A stretch of 49,103 nt of DNA from Thraustochytrium aureum. Its lineage: Eukaryota. Position 1 is the stretch's first letter. Each line of letters opens with the position of its first letter. Positions 1 through 10,738 of this stretch are shown piece by piece. The position numbers and the translations under genes were made by a program. Below the pieces are notes generated by a model. The model was given only the letters and a program-made list of their open reading frames with translations. It did not search any database and had not been told where the DNA came from. The stretch spans positions 1 to 49,103 of the forward strand of contig BLSG01000402.1 in the NCBI GenBank assembly GCA_012862495.1, read 5' to 3'.

Positions 1-915
1 AAAGGAATCCAGCGATTTTCTCGTACTAGCTGAGCAGCAAACAGCTTTCATGAAGGGCGCCGCCGTCCAACTCGAATTCCCACCGCGCTCGAGACTGCGC
101 CGACGAAGGGCAGCAGCGACGCGCCCTGTGGACAGCGAGTCGCGAGGTGCCTACGCCACGTTCCCGAGGCCCGCCAAGCTTTGGAGAAGCGAGCTAGCTT
201 TCAGCGAGCCAGCCGGCCAGCCAGCCATCCGTTGCCGAGGTAGTCCATTGGCTGCGCGATTCAGCGTCCCGCTCGACCCAGCCCAAACGCTTGCTGCAGG
301 TTCACGTCAGGCAGCCTCGATCGCGCTTTTCGCCACACCGGGTGGCGATCCCACGTAGCTCCACAGCAAGTTCTGTGCCACAACAAACGTCCGTCCAATG
401 CGTCGCAGAAGCAAGACCATGGTCACATCATCCGTCGGGCCTTCGCGATCTTCATACCGTCGAAAACCAGTCCGGTTCGAGTGCCGAGACGCTCTTCAGC
501 TCGGTGGCGCGCAGGCGAGTCCCGGCCGTCACGGGCAGCCTGTAGCCAGAGTCATCAGGGTCTTCTCCGTCGGTAACGCGTTCACAGCATCGAGCATGCC
601 GGGCACGCGGCGCCGAACTGATTGATGGCAGCCACATTGCCTCGCAGCATCGTGTGGCTTGCTCGGCGGCGGGCTGGCGACATCGAGGAAGGCGGCCAAT
701 CTGGCGAGGTCCAGCGAGCAGTTCCCCGTTCGCAGCTCACCTGTGTCCAGCACGCAGGCCGCAGCGGAGTAGCTCTCCAACGCTGCGGGCGCCCGCGCAG
801 GGCGCAGAGGTAGGTCGGTAGGCGCTGCGCGGCCAGGATACAGTCGACGTCGAGTGCGCGCGGCGGTTTCGCTGTTGTTTAGTGCGGGAGCGGGCCGCAG
901 GGCTCTTGGAGACGC

Positions 916-3804
916 ATGGACCCTGCGGAACGTCCCGAGGCCTTCACGGCATTGCCGACCGTCGCACCGACCGTGCCGCCGACTATCTTTGTGGTGCCGG
1001 ACGATGGCGCGCTCGTGGGGATGCTGGCGTTCTACTTGAGCGTGACGGCGGCGTGCTTGGCAATGTATGGGTATTGCATGCGGCGTGGGTGGCTTCGGTG
1101 GCTGCTGGAGCCGAAAGGCACGACGAGCTTTGCGGATATTTTTAGCGGAGGGCACTTTGGCTGGGCGCAGCTGCGCGAGGCAGAGTTTGTTTCGCGGTGC
1201 GGGCTCGACGCGTACATGAGCCTGCGGAGCATCCGGCTCATGGCGAGCGCCATGCTCGGGTTCCTTGTTGTCGCTTGCGGGATTCTGCTTCCCTCGTACC
1301 GTCTCCAACCGCGCTCTGACGTTTGCAAGCAGTGGTGCTCTGGAGACCACGTGCCCAAGCAGGGCGAAGCGTTTGCAGAAGACTGCGCCTGCACGGTGGT
1401 GGACCGCTACAGCCTTGCAAACGTGGACAGCGAGTCCGCCGGCCTGTGGCTGCCCGTGCTGGCCATGGCAGGCTGCACAGCTGTCCTTTTGTTTCTCCTG
1501 CGTCGCGAATACCACGAGGTGGTGCGCATTCGAGCCGCCTACTGGCTCTCGATGCCGCCCGAGATGTTCACGGTCCTCATCGACGACATTCCGAAACATC
1601 TCGATCTGCACACTGCCGGGGGCCTCCGTGGCCACTTTGAGAGCCTCTTTCCAGGCAAGGTGGTCCGTGTCGACGCGGCCCGCTTTGTTGACGAAGAAGT
1701 GCTTTCCCAGCTGCGGCGCGCGGGAGTTGCGCGCATGGACGCGCTGGATACGTGCCTCCGCTTGCGCGCGATGCGCGACGAGTACGGCGACAGGGTACCA
1801 GCCTGCCACTCGCTGGCAGTGAATGCGTGCACCATGAGCGGGAGCCTATCATCGCGAATTGTAGATGCCGAGCTGCGCTTTGACACCCTGAACCGCACGT
1901 TCGCCGACCTTTTGCGCGCGTACAAGCGCCTCGCTGAAGACGAGAAGGAAGGCCGCATCTCCCGGCCAGTGACATCGTGCTTTGTGACCTTTTCCTCTGC
2001 CACCGTTGCTGCGATTGCTACACAGACGATAATTGAGCACCGGTTCAACGTGGTTGCTGTGCCGGGCCCTGAGCCGGACGACCTGCGCTGGGACTCGCTC
2101 GGGTTCGGGTTGCAGCGCCGAGCGTGCAGCCTCTACACGGCGCGCCTCGGATTCGCAACCCTGGTCCTCTCCTGGGGCGCCCTAGTGTCGCTTGTAGGCG
2201 CCATGACGTCCGTGGCCGCGCTTGAGGCGCGCTTTGAAACACTGCGCGACGTTCTGCGGGACAACGAGTGGCTCAGGTCGCTTATCGAGCAGGCGGCGCC
2301 GCTCGTGCTCACTGCTCTCGTGGCCGTGGTCAACCCGGTCGTCTGCCTCCTAGCTCGGATGGAGGCCCGGGCGAGCGAAGGCGACGCCGACCAGCTGGCG
2401 ACTATCTGGTACTTTGTTTTCCTGGTGATCCAGGTCTTCATCTTTTTCGGGGTCTCTGGCAGCTTGTTACGCACGATCAACACCATCTTGGACCACCCGT
2501 CGCAGATTGTCGACGTTCTCGCCTCCAACATCCCCAAGAACGCCGCCTTTTACATCCAATTCATCGTGACCAAGTTTGTCACCTCGCTCTGCGTGGACCT
2601 GTTTCGAGTTTCGGACATCGCAGTGCACGGGATCCGCAGAGTCGTTTTTGGAGCCGCTTTGACGGAGAGAGACCGCAAGGTATCGCGCTGCGGGTGCGGC
2701 GTGATCACGTTCCCCGGACACCGCAACTTGAGCTCGTTGAACGGCAACATGCTGCTTTTGTTCTTCATCGCGACGACGTACGCAGTGATCCAGCCGCTCA
2801 TAGTGCCTGCCGCGCTTGTGTTCTTCACGCTCGCCTACTTTGTCTACGCCAAGCTATTCATGTGCGCCAACATGCAGCGCTTCGATAGCGGCGGCACGCT
2901 TTGGCCGCGGACGTATTGGCTGTACGTGTCTGCGCTGCAAACGGCGCAGCTCACGCTGATCGGGCTGCTTTCGCTCAAGCGCGGCATCTCTGAGCCGTCT
3001 GCTGTTGTTTTGCTGTTTTTCGCGACGTCGTTTGTTGCGGCCCTCATCGACTTTCACTACAAACGCCTCGTTCTGGAGACGCCCTTGGACCTCGCCTCTG
3101 CCGTGGACGCGAGCATAGACGCCAGCAAGCCCGGGGTGGAGGTCCCAGCCTCTGTGTGGCGATACGGCGAGCTCTCGCGCGGCGAGCCCAACTACTTTGG
3201 CCGATACCTCGACTTTGGCGCCGCAACTTCCAAAGTGCTCGCCAGCGCCGCGCAGCGTGCCAACTACCCGGTGCGGAACGGCTCGCCTGCGCCGCAGCCG
3301 CTCACCACCAGTTTCGAGGAGCATGCCCTCCCGGACGAAACCGGCCTTGGTGCTGGGGCTGGAGATGACGCGTCGATGGCGCTTGGATGGGGCGGGCGCT
3401 CCACAGAGTCGACCCCGGGGCCCTTTTCGTCCAGGGCTTCAGATGACGGCGGCCAGGACCCCACCGCTGCGGTCCCAAGTGAAGATAGCCAGCAAGTCGC
3501 GCCCCCGCGACCTTCGCGCCCCACCAGGCCGCAAACGGGGCTCGGCCTTGCGGCAGAGCCGGGCGGCCTCGCGTGTCTCCCCCCTCAGATGCGGTCACGG
3601 CTAGTGCAGCGGTCGAGCTCGTCCTCGCTCAACTCGCTTCAGCGGGCGACCTTTGCGAGTCGCCCTTTTGAGTTTTACAGCTACGAGCTACCCGTTCTGC
3701 ACGAGGAGCCGCTTCTCGAGCGCGGCGAGCCGCGAGTGATGCTAGAGCCGTCCGATAGCGAGCAGACGGGGCTCGACGCCCCTCTTCTGGTCCAGGCGGC
3801 CTGA
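916..3804 (+). CDS. OSCA/TMEM63 (CSC1/ERD4-like) mechano/osmosensitive cation channel
   Basis: 962-aa ORF with family motifs GLDAYMSL, FTVLIDDIP, CFVTFSS, PGPEPDDLRWDSL, LASNIPKNAAFYIQFI, YAVIQPLIVP, FDSGGTLWP; many TM segments; low-complexity C-tail. Confidence 0.92.
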   Translation: MDPAERPEAFTALPTVAPTVPPTIFVVPDDGALVGMLAFYLSVTAACLAMYGYCMRRGWLRWLLEPKGTTSFADIFSGGHFGWAQLREAEFVSRCGLDAYMSLRSIRLMASAMLGFLVVACGILLPSYRLQPRSDVCKQWCSGDHVPKQGEAFAEDCACTVVDRYSLANVDSESAGLWLPVLAMAGCTAVLLFLLRREYHEVVRIRAAYWLSMPPEMFTVLIDDIPKHLDLHTAGGLRGHFESLFPGKVVRVDAARFVDEEVLSQLRRAGVARMDALDTCLRLRAMRDEYGDRVPACHSLAVNACTMSGSLSSRIVDAELRFDTLNRTFADLLRAYKRLAEDEKEGRISRPVTSCFVTFSSATVAAIATQTIIEHRFNVVAVPGPEPDDLRWDSLGFGLQRRACSLYTARLGFATLVLSWGALVSLVGAMTSVAALEARFETLRDVLRDNEWLRSLIEQAAPLVLTALVAVVNPVVCLLARMEARASEGDADQLATIWYFVFLVIQVFIFFGVSGSLLRTINTILDHPSQIVDVLASNIPKNAAFYIQFIVTKFVTSLCVDLFRVSDIAVHGIRRVVFGAALTERDRKVSRCGCGVITFPGHRNLSSLNGNMLLLFFIATTYAVIQPLIVPAALVFFTLAYFVYAKLFMCANMQRFDSGGTLWPRTYWLYVSALQTAQLTLIGLLSLKRGISEPSAVVLLFFATSFVAALIDFHYKRLVLETPLDLASAVDASIDASKPGVEVPASVWRYGELSRGEPNYFGRYLDFGAATSKVLASAAQRANYPVRNGSPAPQPLTTSFEEHALPDETGLGAGAGDDASMALGWGGRSTESTPGPFSSRASDDGGQDPTAAVPSEDSQQVAPPRPSRPTRPQTGLGLAAEPGGLACLPPQMRSRLVQRSSSSSLNSLQRATFASRPFEFYSYELPVLHEEPLLERGEPRVMLEPSDSEQTGLDAPLLVQAA

Positions 3805-4186
3805 ACGCGTCAGCCGCAGTCGAGGACTCTCGTAGCGAGAGTCAGCTCTTGAGGCAAAGCCGTCCGCAAGGCCCCTGCGGACGGCCAACGAAATGAAGTG
3901 GAGTGGGCATCGCGTTGAACCTTGTCCATGCAGTTCGGTGTGCGTCCGCGGACGCACACGCTCGTCAAGATCGATCGTGGGATGATTGCGGCTCGTCAGG
4001 GATGGTTAAGAAGAAAGCGTTCGAGTTGGTTTGCTGCTGCAGCTGCTGGTGCTGCTGGTGCTCTATGTATACAAGTAGTGTAGGGTGAGTAGACAAATAC
4101 ATGATTGCAGCGCGGGCGCACAAGCATGTCGTTGTGCACCTTGCGGGCTTGTCGGATGCGAGCCTCGCGGTCGGCGGCGTACCCTT

Positions 4187-5230
4187 TCAGATACCGGTAG
4201 CCCAAGCGTCAGCTCCGACGCGGGGAGACTTGTTGCGTGGCGCCCACGTGTCCTCGCTGAGCGAGGCGATCTGCGTCGGTTTTGCGACAGCCGGCACGGC
4301 CGCTGACATCGTGGAGCCCGCTGCACGCCAGTCGAATGCCTTTCGTTTATGCGCAGGGTTCGGAGACCCAAGCGACATGAGGGAGATGCCCGTCGCCGAA
4401 GTGGGCGACAGTGGATCAGCGCCCTTTTGCTCCTCCTCGTCCATGGCGGGCGCCATGGCGTTGGCGCTGCCGCCCGAGTCTTCCTCGTCCTCGGACGAAG
4501 ACGGGCAAGGGCTAGGCTGAGGAAGATGGTTCGGGAGCGCAAAGTCGGCCCCAAATTCCGCCGGTGCCGACGTGGTGAGCGGCGTGCCGAAGGAGCGGCT
4601 GCGCAAAGGGGCCATGAGCGAGCGCGGGCGCTTGAACCGGCTGATGATCGAGCCGAGCTCGGCCTTCTCGAAGAGAATCGCGCCAGGGAGTTCCTCTTCG
4701 CCCATCGAGACGCACCCTCGTACGCTCTCCTCAAAGGCCACGAGCTGGCGCCAAAAGCCGCGGTTGATGGACACTTCGGGCTTGTGGCTAGCGACGAGCT
4801 CGTGCGCGTTGCGCAGCGTCATTCCGAGGATTTTGATCAAGTACGCAATGCAGATGGTTGCGCTCCGCGAGACACCTTCGAGCGACACGATGCAGATTTT
4901 GCCGCGCTCTGCGAAGGCTTCGTTGATAAAGTCTACGCAGTCGTCCAAAATGTTGAGCAGATCTGCGGTGGGGCGGTTTTCGCGCTCGTACGTTTGCCAT
5001 TGGCCGGCGAGCACCATGTCCGGGTCAGGCTCAAAGCCCTGCTCAAAGGCGGTGATGATGGCGAGGACGTGGGTGATGCCGCGGTTGAGGCGGCCAGCAT
5101 GGTCGATCGCACACCCTTCGCTGCCGAAGAACAGCCCTGTCACCAGCTCGGTGCCGTCGAAAGCGCAAGGGTCAACGTCCTCCGAGAGCGCTTGGTCCGA
5201 ATCGTCCTGCTTGATCTGCTCCTCTTCCAT
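4187..5230 (-). CDS. Dual-specificity phosphatase-fold protein, catalytically dead signature
   Basis: TELVTGLFFGS..GITHVL..ADLL..VDFINEA..ICIVSLEGVSRSATICIAYLI..MTLRNAHELV..INRGFWRQL. First ATG (MEEEQ) at 5230; the 3' end could be spliced. Confidence 0.85.
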   Translation of the reverse strand: MEEEQIKQDDSDQALSEDVDPCAFDGTELVTGLFFGSEGCAIDHAGRLNRGITHVLAIITAFEQGFEPDPDMVLAGQWQTYERENRPTADLLNILDDCVDFINEAFAERGKICIVSLEGVSRSATICIAYLIKILGMTLRNAHELVASHKPEVSINRGFWRQLVAFEESVRGCVSMGEEELPGAILFEKAELGSIISRFKRPRSLMAPLRSRSFGTPLTTSAPAEFGADFALPNHLPQPSPCPSSSEDEEDSGGSANAMAPAMDEEEQKGADPLSPTSATGISLMSLGSPNPAHKRKAFDWRAAGSTMSAAVPAVAKPTQIASLSEDTWAPRNKSPRVGADAWATGI

Positions 5231-6255
5231 GTCAGCGGTTTGCTGGGGCTCTTCCTTTGACTCGCTCGTCAGCGACTTGCGGCTCCTGGACGCGTCACGA
5301 CGCCGGTCGTCTTGGAGAGGACCGGCTCCATCGGGTCTCGCGTGTTGGGGGCCAACGCAGCTCCTCCTGGATTCTCCAGACTGTGCTCTGCTTGCCTTTC
5401 CTCTCCTGAATTCGCCTGATCTCGCTCGACGTTGGGGGTCTGGTCTGGTGAGATTGTCCTCGCAAGACCAGCGTGGCAGCCTCCTTGCGTTGGGCTTTGT
5501 TTGGCGCGGTTCAGTCGGCGGGCTTGGATTCGGAAGTGAGAGTCCATCCGAGCTCGCCAAGCGAAGCAGAGCAAGCAGAACAGGCCCAACCCAACTCTTT
5601 CTACTCAACTGCTCATCTGCTCTACTCGAGAGCTCCAACAGGGAAAGCGCCAACCTGCCCTGCGGCGCAGCCTTCAGCTTGTCGAGGCTTTTCCTCTCCG
5701 CGTGGAGGCGTCCTCTGCTTTTCGCGTCCTCTGCTTTTCGCTGCCTTTTCAGGGCAGGGCGGGGAACAACGCCTCGGACAACTAACTGCCTTGCCCGTGC
5801 CTGCTCAAGTTCGTCGGAGGATGGCAGACTGAGAGAGCGGCGAAGCGCGACCAGACGCGTCGTGCGAGCTCGCTGCTCAAGCTGCTCGGCCGTCCGAGTC
5901 CTGGGCGATTCCGCGTCCGGCCCTGAAAATCACGTGTAAAGCGCTCGCTCCAGGATCCCTCTACTCCAGCAAGTGCTTTTGCAGAACATGTCGCCAGAGC
6001 CCGGCGTATTTTCTGGCCAAGTGTACCGGTCGCGAGAGGAAACGCTTCGGCCGGGACAGGCGAGCTGCAGCCTCGACTCGCCCCGGGCCAGGAAACTTCT
6101 TTCTCCCTACCCGCGCGATCTTTCACCTGCCCGCCCGCCAGGGGCTCGCAGCCGATGCAGAGTGCAGGGCCGGGGGGCTGGGAGGGTGGCGTGGCTGCAA
6201 CTGCTGCTTCCCACCCGCACCGAGAAGAGAAGATCCTTCCTGCCTGGTGGCCGAG

Positions 6256-6304
6256 GAACGGTGGCGGGAAGGAACGGTGGCGGGAAGGAACGGTGGCGGG
6301 AAGG
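6256..6304. repeat. 16-bp tandem repeat (GGAACGGTGGCGGGAA) x3
   Basis: Directly visible. Confidence 0.85.
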
Positions 6305-7822
6305 ACGCAAGCGAACGTGTGTCACGTATTTTTCTACTCTCGGCATGCATGCGGCGCTCGCGATCAACAGAGCTGGGCAAAATGGACACTTGATTTGANN
6401 NNNNNNNNNNNNNNNNNNNNNNNNNNNNNNNNNNNNNNNNNNNNNNNNNNNNNNNNNNNNNNNNNNNNNNNNNNNNNNNNNNNNNNNNNNNNNNNNNNNN
6501 NNNNNNNNNNNNNNNNNNNNTACTTAGAGTACAATAGCACTATACATTCTCTGCGCGCAACTGAAGCCGCAGCGAGCTCGTGGACGATCACCCGCGTATC
6601 GAATTCGCAATCAAAGCAGGCTCCTGGCGAAACAAACGAAAAAACCCAGACGATGCCAGCGAGCCCCAGCCAGCAGTGGCCTCGATCACGTTGATGAGCT
6701 ATTCAGACATGGCAGATCCCCACCGCCAAGCCTCGAGCAGACCCGTGGAAAAGGCCGATCTGGCACGCGCTTCCTCGCGGCTCTGAGTTCCTGGCCCGCG
6801 GTGAGAAAGATTGATTGGTCGGCGGTCTCGAGGCCGCTTGCACGTTGCGAGACAGTCACCCAGACTGCCGCTTTCGAAGCCCAGACGGAGCCCTTTGGGT
6901 GCGTGGGCGCGGAGAGTTCGCTCCCGTTCTCGAGCGTGATCGCCAACAAGGCCGCCAAACGCGTGCATTCTGCACGAGAAGCGGGTTTGCTGGCTCACCT
7001 GACTGATACATAGAGTACACGACAAGAACGAGGCAATTCTCGACGTTGTCTCCTCCAACATCATCCGACTGCTGACGCGAACTTGAGCTGCTCAGCACAG
7101 ACAGCTGTCACGGCACATCGCACTTCCAATCAAAGCCCACAAATGGGGCCTCGTGGTGCGAATCATCACGCTCGACACGGACGAGGTCTCCGCTCCCCTC
7201 CAGACAAGACTCGGCACAAGCGTCTGCCATCGCTGGCGGCGAACTCGAATCCGAGATCGTGCGGCCACTGTGGAAGGAGCCGCAGCGCAAGGCTGCGTCG
7301 ACGCTGTGCGTGAGGCCGACATACGGAACCGATTGAATGTGCGGAGGCGGACGGGACCCCCCCTCTGCGTTTCGCGACAGTCGAAGTCGGGGCATGAATC
7401 GGCGGAGGCGTTTCCACCACTTGCGAGGAGTCGAGCTCGAGATCGCTGACTGCACGCGCTTGGGCGACGCCGGGTCAACAATGTGCGTTGTGCGCCCCGC
7501 ATCGACGTCGCGAGCCGCGGGAGAGGGGCTCTGCGCGGCCGGCGCGGGAGCTGCCGTGCTCTGGGCTTGAAGCTCTGGGCTGTCGTCCTCGGCCCCGAAC
7601 GCCGACGCCGCCATGGAGTGGCGCCTGCCAAGCTGCCCACGAGAGGAGACAGGCAAAAGGCGCGAGCTGGACATCGACTTTTGGAGGCGAACGCGCAGCG
7701 TTGCCGGGTCGCGCGCCGCGCTCTCTGCAGAGTTCGGCCCTGCGCTCAAGAAAATGTTGGCCGAGTTGGAAAAGGCTCCATGGCTCGGAAGGACGAGCTC
7801 CGCCGGGCGGCGCGCCGCTGCT

Positions 7823-10144
7823 TCACGATGAAGGTGGATGCGCGGCGAGAGCTTGTGAAACCCACTTGAGTTTGCAAGCGTGGGACCAGTTTGTGCCAGC
7901 GAGCCACGGGTGGGCCCGCGCTTGCGAAAGCGACATGCGCGATCGCACGTCGCGGCGTAATAGGTTGCGAATGAAGCTCATCGCATCCTCGGAGCAGGCC
8001 GGCGCCGGCGGGAACTGAAGCGACTTGTCCGGCTGCAGAATCTTCGCGAAAAGCAGTCGGTTGTCCGAGTCACCTCGCGCAGGCAAGAAAGGCGGGAGGC
8101 CGAACAGGAGCTCGTACGTGAGCACCCCGAGCGACCAGTGATCCAAAGCGCACTCTTGTGGCTCTCCAGCCACTACTTCAGGGGCCATGTACTCGAGCGT
8201 CCCGACGAAAGAGTTGGACCGGAGCTGCACGGTTCCACGAGCGGCGCACCTCTCGCCCTTCTTGGAGATCCCGAAGTCTCCGAGGCGAATGTGGCCGTCG
8301 ACGTGGAGCATCACGTTCTGTGGCTTTATATCGCGGTAGACAAATCCCATGTTGTGCAAAAAGCTAAGCCCCTCGATGATCTCCGCAACGAGGAATTGCA
8401 CTTGCGACTCGTGCAGGGCGAAGCGGCGCAGCACAGATGAGACGCTCATGGGAGCGCGCAGGCGCCGGCCGCGACGCGCCGAGGCCACAACGACGCTCGG
8501 ATTGCTGAAATAGTCGATGTACGTGAGAGACCCTAGGAGGCCGAGCCCTTCTGCGGCCGCGTCCATGGCGGTCTTGTAGTCTTCGCGTGACATGGTCGCG
8601 TTGCGGATTTCGTGCTCGCGGATCACGCACTCGTGGAGGTTGCCCCCGGAGCAGAATTCCATGACGAAGAAGAGCATGTCGTGCGAGTGGAACGCAAAGT
8701 TAAGCTGGGTCAAGAACGGGGACTCGCTGGCACGCGTGAGAATCTCGCGCTCAGTTTTCACGCGCTCAATGCGCTTGGCGTGGATAATCTCGGCCTTGTT
8801 GAGCACCTTCATCGCAAAGCGCTTGCGCGTCACGAGGTGCCGGACAAGGTATACTTGGCCACTTCCGCCTGTGCCCACGATGCGGAGGGGCTCGAAATCG
8901 TCAGCGCTTGTGCGCAGCGAGCCGTTTCTGCGCGGGCTTCCGATGGGAGGATTCGGGGCGCCGACCTTGCTCGGCGCGCTCGATTGGTCAGGATTGGCAG
9001 AGGCTGGCGATCCACTTGAAAGCGGAGACAGCTCGTCCTGCCCACCTAGCCCGTCAGGGCCTTGTGCGAACACGTCTGGCCCGCCGTCAACGTCGGCGAG
9101 GAGCTCGTTCCAGCGCTGGCTGAACTCGCTCGAGTCGTCGTCGAAGAGGAGCTGTCTTAGGCTCTCGCAATCGTAGTCCTCGTCCTCGTCATCTGAAGTG
9201 GCTGGGGAGGGCTGGGCGCTGAGGAAACTTCTCTCGTGGGTGCGGCTCGAGTCTTCGTGGCGTGGCGATATGTCATGGAGGAGGCTCTGCGAACGAACTG
9301 TCCGCGCGGAAGCGGAAAACTTTGAGCTGCCAGAGGGGTCTGCTCCGGGGAGCGGGACGACCGAGCGGCGACTTGCTGGCGACTGCTGGTGTGGCGCACT
9401 CAAGTACTGCAGCCGATTGTTGTTCACGTAGGCCACAAATCGCTCCACTTCTAGCGCGTGGCTGTCGCGGCCAGAGGCGGGCGCTGGTTCTGAGACAATC
9501 TTGGCGCCGAGCTGAACAGTCGAGTTGCTGTCTCGGTCGCGTCCAGCCTCGTCCTCGCAAGAGCCGCAGTCCGTGTCGTCGTCCGTGTCGCCGTCCCCGA
9601 GTAAGCTTGGGCCAGTGTCGCCAGCCAGCCGGCCTGGCGCGTGCGCGGAGCCACTCTGCTCTGGTTCGGGAGCGCTTATGCTGCGCGTCATGAGAACACA
9701 AACATTACACCGCTTGAGTTTGTGGCTTTGCTGCTGCGAGCGCGAAAGGTCCAGCAGGTCGACTCGTTTAGGAAAGTCGAACCCGCCAAACTTGAGCGCG
9801 CTCGGACTTGAACCCATGGAAAAACGCGCGGCTGCGCGCACTTTAATACCTGCCATGCGCCACCGAATGCGCGCTGCACAGGCTCTCAGCCGCGTCTCAA
9901 CGCGGTGCAGCGCCAAAAGCTTGATCGCGAGAACGCGCCAGTGCGCCTCAACTCGGCGCGCACGACCCCTCTCGCCGGCCACCGAGAACGCCCGTGCTGC
10001 GCGCACCTGGAGCAACGCATGTCTCCACCGCCTTTGGCAAGGCGACAGGACAAGTTCAAGTTCCACAGACCGGAGCCGTTCGAGCTCTCGCACCTTGCGT
10101 TCGCGCTCAACCGCGACACCCACGAGCTCTGCCGCGCCCTTCAT
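7823..10144 (-). CDS. AGC-group Ser/Thr protein kinase with long N-terminal extension
   Basis: GTGGSGQV, FAMKVL, VKTEREIL, YRDIKPQN, LGDFG, SNSFVGTLEYMAPE, DHWSLG, PPF. A possible GT donor near 7864 suggests a further exon within 7108-7750. Confidence 0.9.
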   Translation of the reverse strand: MKGAAELVGVAVERERKVRELERLRSVELELVLSPCQRRWRHALLQVRAARAFSVAGERGRARRVEAHWRVLAIKLLALHRVETRLRACAARIRWRMAGIKVRAAARFSMGSSPSALKFGGFDFPKRVDLLDLSRSQQQSHKLKRCNVCVLMTRSISAPEPEQSGSAHAPGRLAGDTGPSLLGDGDTDDDTDCGSCEDEAGRDRDSNSTVQLGAKIVSEPAPASGRDSHALEVERFVAYVNNNRLQYLSAPHQQSPASRRSVVPLPGADPSGSSKFSASARTVRSQSLLHDISPRHEDSSRTHERSFLSAQPSPATSDDEDEDYDCESLRQLLFDDDSSEFSQRWNELLADVDGGPDVFAQGPDGLGGQDELSPLSSGSPASANPDQSSAPSKVGAPNPPIGSPRRNGSLRTSADDFEPLRIVGTGGSGQVYLVRHLVTRKRFAMKVLNKAEIIHAKRIERVKTEREILTRASESPFLTQLNFAFHSHDMLFFVMEFCSGGNLHECVIREHEIRNATMSREDYKTAMDAAAEGLGLLGSLTYIDYFSNPSVVVASARRGRRLRAPMSVSSVLRRFALHESQVQFLVAEIIEGLSFLHNMGFVYRDIKPQNVMLHVDGHIRLGDFGISKKGERCAARGTVQLRSNSFVGTLEYMAPEVVAGEPQECALDHWSLGVLTYELLFGLPPFLPARGDSDNRLLFAKILQPDKSLQFPPAPACSEDAMSFIRNLLRRDVRSRMSLSQARAHPWLAGTNWSHACKLKWVSQALAAHPPSS

Positions 10145-10184
10145 CTCCGGGCTCGCGCGCCGTCAGCACCAAGCGAGCCCGCCC

Positions 10185-10268
10185 GAGGCTCGCTCGGCCC
10201 CGCCCGAGCCCAACGCCGACGCTTGCTCGAGCGCGAGGCTCGCTCGGCCCCGCCCGAGCCCAACGCCG
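10185..10268. repeat. 34-bp direct duplication upstream of the kinase
   Basis: GAGGCTCGCTCGGCCCCGCCCGAGCCCAACGCCG at 10185 and 10235; a separate 25-bp doublet lies near 10434-10484. Confidence 0.75.
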
Positions 10269-10738
10269 TCTCTCCCGCTTGCAAGAGAGAGTTGGCTGCG
10301 CCACGTCGCGATCCCCCGCCCCGAGCAGCGCGGGACCTGGCCCTGCCACTCGCGCCCGTTCCGCTCCAGCAAGCGCGCGCCTGCTGCCACGCTGCCACAC
10401 CGCTGCGCGTCCGGTGCAGAGCGCCTGCGCGGGAGCCGCTCGGCCGCTTCTGCGCGAGTGCCGCTCGGCCGCTTCTGCGCGAGTGCAGCTTGCTCGGCCT
10501 CCAGCTCTTGATGGAACAACGCTTGCCACTGGCCTGCGAGGGCAAGAGGGCGCAATGCAGTGCGTGCTCCACCTGACGCGGTGCAGGTCGCTTGCGCCAG
10601 CTGCCTCGCGGGACTTTTAGACCCGAGTCCGGAGGCGTACTTGCTTGGTGCCGCTCAAGAGTGGTCTGCCTCTCGGGCAGCGCGCCTATCGGGCCAATTC
10701 GCAGTTCAACGCAATTGCACGCAGTGCTCTACTACTAC

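Noticed and set aside
529..1809. Long antisense ORFs (also 4572-5939, 11121-12470, 21386-22981, 29248-31086)
   Set aside because: Shadow ORFs opposite real genes in GC-rich DNA; no recognisable motifs
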